A stretch of 8,045 bases of DNA from Zygophlyctis sp. KS116 (Eukaryota > Fungi > Chytridiomycota). Under the pieces are notes generated by a model that was given only the letters and a program-made list of their open reading frames with translations, searched no databases and had not been told where the DNA came from. Location: NCBI GenBank assembly GCA_054661495.1, contig BAAFSQ010000390.1:1-8045 (forward strand). Reading direction: 5' to 3'. Positions within the stretch are counted from its first letter, which is position 1; each line of letters begins with the position of its first letter. Shown in pieces: positions 1 to 6,980 of this stretch. Both the position numbers and the translations under genes were made by a program.

Positions 1-63
1 GATTTTTGCAATCAAGGGAGAAATTAGGCAGGCAAGGATAGCTAAAGCACAATCAAATTTCAT
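1..63 (-). CDS. Probable 5' end of a secreted protein (signal peptide), continuing off the left edge
   Basis: Minus-strand ATG at 63 reads MKFDCALAILACLISPLIAKI..., a basic N-terminus plus hydrophobic core. The upstream 64-230 region has the local CpG enrichment seen at other gene starts. Only 21 codons are visible. Confidence 0.45.
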   Translation of the reverse strand, partial: MKFDCALAILACLISPLIAKI

Positions 64-232
64 TACTATTTTACAGGAGCTCAGCCATGTACGATCAACA
101 ACGCTTCAGCGTCGAAGCAACAGGCAAAGGTAGAAAAGCATCGCTTAAATTTGGCTGCAAAGACTCTCAAATTCGGATTTAAGCAATCACTGCATTGTTC
201 TAAATATTATTGAAACAGCTAAAATCATCAAA

Positions 233-880
233 TTATTCTGATGGTTTTTGACGTTCAGCAGAATAATCAACTCGAATTGTTCGGCCATTTAGTTCATATC
301 CATTCAAAGCCTGAATTGCCTTTGCAGAACTCTCCAGTGAGTCAAATTGTATATATGCTATACTAGATTTTTAGTTTATAATAGTTTACCCTTTAGATCT
401 CTTGTTGACAGCATCATATGGTCGACGGAAAGAGATAACATTTCCCATTTCGGCAAAGATATTGATCAACTCATCAGCATCCTGATCAAATCTTAAATTT
501 CCAATATAAACGATTTCAGAAGGAGGAAAATTAATTTTTGTGTTAACAGTTTTTCTACTTGCTTCTGCATCCTTGTATTCACCTTCCCAAGCCTTAATAG
601 TCATTGGTCTTCCAGCAACTTGCTGTTCATTCATTTCCAATGCTTTATTAAGGGCATTTTCATCTGCAAAAAGAATAGTTCCATAACCTTTATTTGCTCC
701 AGATTCATCTTTACGAAAGAATTCAATAGTCTTAATTTCACCACAATCTTTAAAAAGATTTTTAATCGCAAACTCAGTGTATCCAACTGGAAGACCGCCA
801 AAGAAGATTCTGGGCTCCTTGGCTGATGCCATAGCAGTAGAAAATAAAGCTTTTCGACAAAGATTAAACGATTTGAACAT
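233..880 (-). CDS. Two-RRM RNA-binding protein, 206 aa; exons 880-390 and 362-233; N-terminus resembles a mitochondrial presequence
   Basis: RRM1 has RNP2 IFFGGL and RNP1 KGYGTILF. RRM2 has RNP2 VYIGNL. Removing the 27-nt intron 363-389 restores RNP1 KG|IAYIQF and the RRM end ALNGYELNGRTIRVDYS, with stop TAA at 233-235. Confidence 0.9.
363..389 (-). other. 27-nt spliceosomal intron (RRM gene)
   Basis: gtaaactattataaaCTAAaaatctag; contains an in-frame TAA; splicing completes RNP1. Confidence 0.93.
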
Positions 881-898
881 TTTTTTTCAAAAACTTTT

Positions 899-1816
899 TC
901 ATCCTAACCTCTTTTTTACATCCCATAAACCTAAAATATAATTAATTCTTATAAGAATCAGGTCCTTGAGCATCAAAAATGAGTCTTTAGCTAAATTCAT
1001 TTTAGTTCCATCAACTTCATGCCATTGTATAGGGATTTCATCTATTGGAAAATTTAAATATTGTGCAAGTAACAAAACTTCAATATCAAAAATCCATCCT
1101 GTAACATGCATATTTGAAAAAATATTTGCTGCTGCATTTCTAGTAAATGCCTTGAATCCACATTGCGTATCTTTTATAGATGCAATTCCAAATAAATATA
1201 GTATAGTGTGAAAAGAATACATCAAGAAATTTCTCAACTTTGATCTCTTTACTACAGCATCAGATTCCACCATATGAGCTCTAGAACCTATTGCAACACC
1301 CCCATTTTTAAAAGTATTTAAAGATTTTTCCAATTTTGAATAGTTATCAAATTTAGATGCTCCATCTGCATCAACAAATAATATATTTTTTCCTAAAGAA
1401 GCCATTATTCCAAGAGTTACTGCACCCCCTTTTCCTCTATTTTTTTGTAAATTCATAATTTTAAAATCAACGTATTTGGAATTTAAATATTCTAGTCCAA
1501 ACTTTTCTGCAACTTGAACAGTATCATCAGTACTCCCATCATTGACGATAATTATTTCTGTAGGATTTTTAGATTTTTCTAGATAATCAAAGGCTTCCAA
1601 AAGCATTTTAGGAAGTCTTTTAGATTCATTATACGCAGGAATAATAATTGAAGTTTTGTACATTGGTTCATCAAAAACGGTTGGCCATGGCATGATTTTG
1701 TCTGTTTTAATGTCTAAATATGTTTTTTCATTTGGTAATAATTGAACTCTTTGTTTTCTAGAATTTCGGAATAACCATAGCAATGCAGAAAGAGTTATCA
1801 CGACGATTTCAATCAT
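899..1816 (-). CDS. ALG5: Dolichyl-phosphate beta-glucosyltransferase (GT2), 305 aa, intronless
   Basis: N-terminal TM anchor; motifs SIIIPAYNESKRL, IIIVNDGSTD, NRGKGGAV, ILFVDADGAS, IGSRAH, DTQCGFKAF, WIFDIEVL, WHEVDGTK, all typical of ALG5. Confidence 0.93.
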   Translation of the reverse strand: MIEIVVITLSALLWLFRNSRKQRVQLLPNEKTYLDIKTDKIMPWPTVFDEPMYKTSIIIPAYNESKRLPKMLLEAFDYLEKSKNPTEIIIVNDGSTDDTVQVAEKFGLEYLNSKYVDFKIMNLQKNRGKGGAVTLGIMASLGKNILFVDADGASKFDNYSKLEKSLNTFKNGGVAIGSRAHMVESDAVVKRSKLRNFLMYSFHTILYLFGIASIKDTQCGFKAFTRNAAANIFSNMHVTGWIFDIEVLLLAQYLNFPIDEIPIQWHEVDGTKMNLAKDSFLMLKDLILIRINYILGLWDVKKRLG

Positions 1817-1875
1817 TTTTTAAAGGAATTTTATAACGTTTTAAATCGTTTTTATAAAGAAATCTCTTTCAGACT

Positions 1876-2781
1876 CTAAAAATCAGGAAGACTCTTGATA
1901 ATCTGTCCACTAGAGAATGAAGAGTCTTTTTTTCCTAAATTATAAGTAGATCTCCTTCTATCCCTCTTGATTAAAAGTTTATATAGATCCGAAGAGTAAG
2001 ATTGACACCATATATTCACAGTAAAACATATTCTTATCCAATTAACTATTACAATGGAAAATAAATCTAATTGAGTTCCAAAGCTAGTGAGATATAATAG
2101 AATACCAATTATACCAATCACATCAGATATTAATCCAATACATAGAGATAATATGTAGACTATACTTGATTTAATAGTCTCTTGTGTAAGTAATAGACTG
2201 ATCACATATGACTCTGATCCCATATTTAATAATATAGAAAGCAAATAGATTAAACGTTCTAGTACTAACAAGACTCTTAATTGAGGTCCATTCAGAGTAA
2301 ATGTAGAAATATTTGGGTTAATTAAATAATAATCATAGAGAGAAGAAAGTAAAACTAGAATTCCACCAAATAATCCAATTAAGATCCCGCCAATAATTCC
2401 AATTAAATGAATTCTTTTCGCTTGTACAGAGTCAGTAAATAAAAGAGATATTTTATAATATTGACTCCAAGTTAAAAGGCCAGTACTTGCAATACTTGTC
2501 ACAGAAAATGCAATATAAAGGATTTGAAAAGATTGTCCACAAAACAGAAATGGCATTCTTAATATTTGACTCTTATCATTAATAAAAATAAATACAATTA
2601 AATGCATGAAAATTCCAATAGAGCAAACTATCCATAGCAAACTACCGGTTTTATATGCCTTGGCAAGGGAACTTGACACAGGTTGTATTAATAGTGCTGA
2701 TACCAATCCCCTAGGATTACTATTTTAGAATTACATTAGAGTTGGAGTTAACTTGTCGATTCCAGATATAGTACAAGACAT
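1876..2781 (-). CDS. Orphan seven-transmembrane (GPCR-like) protein, 293 aa; exons 2781-2735 and 2710-1876
   Basis: The track ORF starts at TTG. A true ATG at 2781 (MSCTISGIDKLTPTLM|GLVSALL) joins in frame through the 24-nt intron 2711-2734. About seven hydrophobic segments by eye, followed by a basic/Ser-rich tail. Confidence 0.75.
2711..2734 (-). other. 24-nt spliceosomal intron (7TM gene)
   Basis: gtaattctaaaataGTAAtcctag; in-frame stop if retained; links an ATG exon to the main ORF. Confidence 0.82.
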
Positions 2782-2895
2782 GTATTACGATTTCTTTAGA
2801 CGACGTCAGACATCTGGAAAGTATCTGTAAGGAATAGACTTGAAGTGTGTGCATTGAATTGGAATGATTAATAACTGATTAGATAAAAATGCATA

Positions 2896-2930
2896 GGACA
2901 TGTCCCTTACAGACATTTTTGGACATGTCC
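2896..2930. promoter_or_regulatory. Two copies of the 10-bp palindrome GGACATGTCC (2896-2905, 2921-2930) upstream of the 7TM gene
   Basis: Exact duplicated palindrome in the longest intergenic gap; regulatory role is inferred. Confidence 0.4.
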
Positions 2931-3078
2931 GATCTGCAGAGTAAATCGCAGATCCGATCCATTTATTGACATTTTCTAGCAATTAAATATTACTAGGAAT
3001 TTAATTGCAGAATATTTTGCTCACTATAATACTAACTTAAAAAATGTACCAAATGTATAATCCAAGTTAAAAAATAGT

Positions 3079-3660
3079 TTATTGGTTAGATGTTTGACTA
3101 ATCACAGCCTCATAATGATAATCAATCTTTGGCTTTGGAGGCTCTGTTGCAGTTAATGCTATTTTATTAACAATAGATAAATTACCAGCAAGCACAGATA
3201 CTCCAGCTATTGCCATTACTTGAGATGATAATCTTGCATTAATAACCTTTTGAGGAACACTAATGTCCTTTCTTTTCCATTGATATAAAAGTGTTCCACC
3301 AGCCACAGCCATCCATCCAAATCCAACAATATTATATTTATTATCTAGAACCCAATGTTTAAGAGACTGAGGAGACTCTGATATCTTTGGTACCACAAAT
3401 CCTCCTCTTTCAAGTATTTTTCTTTCAGCCAAAACTCTTTCGGCTTTAGTGATTGAGACATCTGCAGCAGTAAAAAAAGATCCGGTTATGGCTGTAGCTA
3501 CTAGTAAAGCCTTGAATGGGAATTTAATTCCTCTGTAAAATGGAAATGATTTCTGAGCATAGAATGATGCAGCTGTTGATAAGACTCCACCAACTAATGC
3601 GGCCTTTGTCCCTTCCCACATGACAAACTCATGCAATTCCTTTTCGTCTTCTGGCTTCAT
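3079..3660 (-). CDS. RCF2: Respiratory supercomplex factor 2 (HIG1-domain mitochondrial inner membrane protein); 184 aa spliced, 193 aa if intron 3159-3185 is retained
   Basis: N-terminal two-TM region (EGTKAALVGG...FPFYRGIKFPFKALL...FFTAAD) followed by a HIG1 domain (WVLDNKYNIVGFGW...QKVINARLSSQVMAI), the fungal Rcf2 layout. Confidence 0.85.
   Translation of the reverse strand: MKPEDEKELHEFVMWEGTKAALVGGVLSTAASFYAQKSFPFYRGIKFPFKALLVATAITGSFFTAADVSITKAERVLAERKILERGGFVVPKISESPQSLKHWVLDNKYNIVGFGWMAVAGGTLLYQWKRKDISVPQKVINARLSSQVMAIAGVSVLAGNLSIVNKIALTATEPPKPKIDYHYEAVISQTSNQ
3159..3185 (-). other. Probable 27-nt in-frame, stop-free intron in RCF2
   Basis: gtaatttatctattgTTAAtaaaatag matches the donor, branch-point spacing and length of the other introns. 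Removal gives a continuous hydrophobic VLA|ALTA. Confidence 0.75.
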
Positions 3661-3789
3661 AATCTCTTAAATTTGTTTTAACCGCCTAAATCCACCCCCG
3701 CTGACTCATTTTGACTTGACAGTTGCGCCATGTACAATTTATAGATTTATTTCAACAATCATCCAATTTTCAAGTACAATAGACTAAAT

Positions 3790-4892
3790 TTAAGAACCAG
3801 TACTACCAGCACAAGGCTGATGAAGAAATGCTCCTATAGCCCCCAAATAACCTTCATGCTTTAAAAATAATGCCTCCATTTCTCCTTTTGACCAATAATT
3901 TATAGCATATGAGATTGTATTCATTGTAATAGCATGATTTCTTATAAAAAAACCAGAAAAATAAATTCTAAAATCTTAAAAAATTCCTTAAAATACCTTG
4001 AAATTCCATGTACATGTGCATTTAAATAAGCAATTTGCCCAATATTATTTGATACAAGATATAATAAAGAAGAAGCAATATCTTGTTGATTTAATTCTCC
4101 TCTTTTTTCTTTTGAAAGTTTAAAAACTTTTCCAAATGTAGAAGCAATCGTCGATCCTTTAAGTCCAATTTTAGAATAATCACCACCATAAATGTCTCCT
4201 ACAAGCATATCAACATTTTTATTATCTCCTTGTAAAGATAATTCCAACATTTCATCATAATCTTTAGCATCTGTAAGTAGAGATAATAGTCCCCATAGAG
4301 TCCCACCACCTACAGATGTCCCAGAAATTCTCTCATAACTTCCAGGTTGTGAAACTTTTATAATAGAAACTCCAGATCCAATATTAACGAGTATATAAGG
4401 ATAACAAGGTTGTGGTTTACAAAAAACCACTGGAGAGTCTCTTTTCTGATCAAATGTAAAAACCTCTAATTCTAACCTAGATAAAAAGTCTAATCCTTTT
4501 ATAAGAGTTTCCATTTCATCAATTCTAATTAATTCAATCCCTAATTTTTCCTTTATTAGATCAAAATACTTGTGAGATCCACCTCCTGTAGCCATTACTA
4601 TTAGCTTTTGCTGTATTCTTTCTTGAAATTTCTGAATATACTCTAAACAATCCTGAATTTTCAAAGTTTCAAATTTCGTAAAATGTAAAATCCCACCAAT
4701 TTGAGCCTTTTCAAATGTAATTACTTTGGCAAGCGAGCCTCCGATATCTAATGCAAGAACCGATACAGGAAAATTCAACCATGGAAGTATTATTTCAGAA
4801 GTTTCTGTGACAGAAGTTGCAGAGAGTCGAGCGTCGTGAATGTTTTTCATGGCTCTTGGTCTACCCTTGTGCCTGTCGATACCTACAACCAT
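3790..4892 (-). CDS. CAB1: Type II (fumble family) pantothenate kinase; exons 4892 (or 4850)-3997 and 3967-3790; 357 aa (343 aa from ATG 4850)
   Basis: Motifs [84 protein letters not shown]. The 29-nt intron restores R|[11 protein letters not shown]...[29 protein letters not shown]. Start codon choice is uncertain. Confidence 0.93.
3968..3996 (-). other. 29-nt spliceosomal intron (PanK)
   Basis: gtattttaaggaattttTTAAgattttag; removal restores the conserved C-terminal HEGYLGA motif. Confidence 0.95.
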
Positions 4893-4964
4893 CCGACACA
4901 CGATTGACCACTAGGTTGTTAGACTGGGCACCAACTCTTATCTAAAAACACGTAACAAACATAC

Positions 4965-5023
4965 TACGTTACGTACACGAAACACACTACGTCAAGTACA
5001 CGAGATACGTTAAATACACGAAA
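4965..5023 (+). repeat. Three copies of an 18-nt unit TACGTyAmrTACACGArA in the divergent PanK/SAS-4 promoter
   Basis: tacgttacgtacacgaaa (4965-4982), tacgtcaagtacacgaga (4988-5005), tacgttaaatacacgaaa (5006-5023). Confidence 0.75.
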
Positions 5024-5046
5024 TATTCTCAAGAAAAGAAATACAG

Positions 5047-5073
5047 GAAAATAAAAAGAAAATAAAAAGAAAA
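5047..5073 (+). repeat. (GAAAATAAAAA)x2.5 A-rich leader directly before the SAS-4 ATG
   Basis: Direct reading of the sequence. Confidence 0.6.
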
Positions 5074-6279
5074 ATGCAAAACCAACGAGAAGATGACAAA
5101 ATTGAAATCCAAAACGACTGGACAACATTTCAAGAATATGAAATTCAAAATTTACTAGAATTTATTGATTTGGAAAATTCTCTTTTTGAAGAATTGGATT
5201 CTCTAGTTCTTGTAAGTAAAGACTCTTCAGCTCAAAATTTAATTCAAAATCTCTTTAATGAGCCTGAAAATATTACAGAAATTGTACAAGAGACTCTACT
5301 GCAAGAGACTCTAGAGACTCCAAAACTACTTTTATCAGAAGGAAAATGTAATTGTAAAAGTATTATTCAGGCTCTGAATCAAGAAATTAAGAGTCTTTCT
5401 CAGTCTATAAAGGAATCTAAAAATGAAAAAATGGAATTTATGGAATTCAAGAGGTTAGAATTGGAAAATATTTCAAGGATAAAATTACAAAATTCAAAAG
5501 AAATAAAGAGAGAAATCAAGGAATTAGAGAAATTAAAAAAAGCAAGTTGTATTCTACCATCTAAAAAGGAAAGATTGGAAATTGAAAATTTAAAAAAAAC
5601 AATTTTACAAGGACAAGAAGAGTTTAAACAAAAGGAAATTCGTTATATTTTGGCTCAAGATAGGTTTAAAAGGAGGATAGATGAATTAACTAAAAGAAAT
5701 TCTGAATTATTAGAACAAGTTAAAGTTTTAGAACGAGATCGTGCAAATTATATAAATGTAAAAAAGAAATCTGTAAATACTGGAATTCAAACACTACAAG
5801 AGTCAGTTAAACCATTAATTCCATGTAAAGAAGCTTTAATTGCTTTATCAAGTTTAATAGAATGTCTGGAATTACCTCAACCACTAGATACAGTCATACA
5901 TCCAAATAAAAAAGTAGAATATTACTATGAAAATGTCAAATTAGTCTGGTATCCTAATGGAACTTTAAAAGAAAATTATTTATCAGGAAAACAAGTTATT
6001 TATTTTGTGAATGGTGATAAGAAAACTATAATGGAAGATGAATCTACAATATATTGGTATGCACAACCAGATATTTTACATACAACACTTTCAAGTGGTC
6101 TTGAAGTGTATGAATTTCCTAATGGACAAGTGGAGAAAAGACACAAGGATGGGACATTGGAGATCCATTTCCCAGATTCTACTGTTAAATATGTATATTC
6201 TGATGGACAGGTAATTCTAATTCTTAACCTCTAGGAAAAAGTATTTTTCCCAAATGGGACTGTCCGAACTGTTGTTTAA
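5074..6279 (+). CDS. CENPJ: Centriole protein SAS-4/CPAP/CENPJ (coiled coil plus C-terminal TCP10/G-box domain), 393 aa; exons 5074-6210 and 6235-6279
   Basis: Long coiled coil followed by beta-hairpin repeats (WYPNGTLKE, YFVNGDKK, YWYAQPDILHTT, GLEVYEFPNGQVEKRHKDGTLEIHFPDSTVKY). The 24-nt intron continues the pattern as DGQ|EKVFFPNGTVRTVV*. Confidence 0.88.
6211..6234 (+). other. 24-nt spliceosomal intron (SAS-4)
   Basis: gtaattctaattcTTAAcctctag; its terminal TAG is the in-frame stop of the track ORF; splicing restores the FPNG repeat. Confidence 0.93.
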
Positions 6280-6320
6280 TCTTGTTGACTTTAGGGTGAG
6301 GTTATAGAATTTCGGAGAAA

Positions 6321-6980
6321 ATGAATCTTAAGCCGTCAGTCCAAAACCATTTAAGAAATGTTTACAGCCACTTGTCTGTCATGTTTTTAGTTTCGACAAT
6401 ATCCAGTGTCTTGTATCTTGAGGATGCACTCCCAAGATTTCTTGTTGAAATTTCAATCTTTTCGACTTTTGTCAGTTTTCTTGGATTTTACTTTTCTAGT
6501 CAGAAATTCTTGTTTAGTTTAGTTTTTGCTTTTTTCAAAGGAATTTCTCTTGGACCTTTACTGGACTTTGCTTCCCTGAATCCTTCAACCATTCCCTTGG
6601 CTCTTGCAAGTACTTTACTGATTCTAATTTCTTTTACGGCAAGTGTTGTATTGACTCCTTCTACTTCTTTTATAAAGATAGGAGGTCTATTAGGATCTTT
6701 ATTCTCTGTATCTTGTCTTTTATCTCTACTAAATCTCTTTTTCCAGTCTCAGGCTCTCTTTAGTGTAGAATTATACGCTGGATTAATCTCATTTTCTCTA
6801 TTTCTAATTCATGATACTCAAGGAATGATTGAAAAAGCAGAAATGGGATCTAGAGATTATCTATTGCATTCTATGGAATTGTATGTTGATGTGATTGCAA
6901 TATTTACCAGGCTACTTGTAATTTTAATGAAGAAGGATCAAGATAAAGACTCTTCAAAGAAAAAGAAAAAGGTCAATTAA
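6321..6980 (+). CDS. TMBIM6: Bax inhibitor-1 (TMBIM6 type), 219 aa, intronless
   Basis: VQNHLRNVY, GISLGPL, NPSTIPLAL, LYAGL, HDTQGMIEKAEMGSRDYLLHSMELYVD, and a poly-Lys C-terminal tail. Confidence 0.92.
   Translation: MNLKPSVQNHLRNVYSHLSVMFLVSTISSVLYLEDALPRFLVEISIFSTFVSFLGFYFSSQKFLFSLVFAFFKGISLGPLLDFASLNPSTIPLALASTLLILISFTASVVLTPSTSFIKIGGLLGSLFSVSCLLSLLNLFFQSQALFSVELYAGLISFSLFLIHDTQGMIEKAEMGSRDYLLHSMELYVDVIAIFTRLLVILMKKDQDKDSSKKKKKVN

Noticed and set aside
2-213. + strand open frames (2-133 IFAIKGEIRQ...; 46-213) as the 3' end of a gene
   Set aside because: No recognisable motif. The minus-strand signal-peptide reading fits better, though this cannot be excluded without flanking sequence.
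620-826. Track ORF, 68 aa, + strand
   Set aside because: Antisense shadow of the RRM gene with a non-ATG start and no recognisable features.
966-1211. Track ORF, 81 aa, + strand
   Set aside because: Antisense shadow of ALG5 with a non-ATG start.
1876-2781. 7TM protein as an opsin
   Set aside because: No lysine in the predicted helix 7 and no opsin motifs.
3784-3806. Possible 23-nt intron (gtagta...tttag) across the PanK stop
   Set aside because: Not needed, since conserved sequence is already complete. It would change only the last few residues and cannot be judged without RNA data.
3942-3996. PanK, RRM and SAS-4 as frameshifted or truncated pseudogenes, or stop-codon reassignment
   Set aside because: Each break is resolved exactly by a GT-AG micro-intron, and TAA, TAG and TGA all serve as normal stops.
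5212-5230. gtaagt...cag possible 19-nt intron in SAS-4
   Set aside because: The ORF reads through, removal would shift the frame, and it is shorter than all supported introns.
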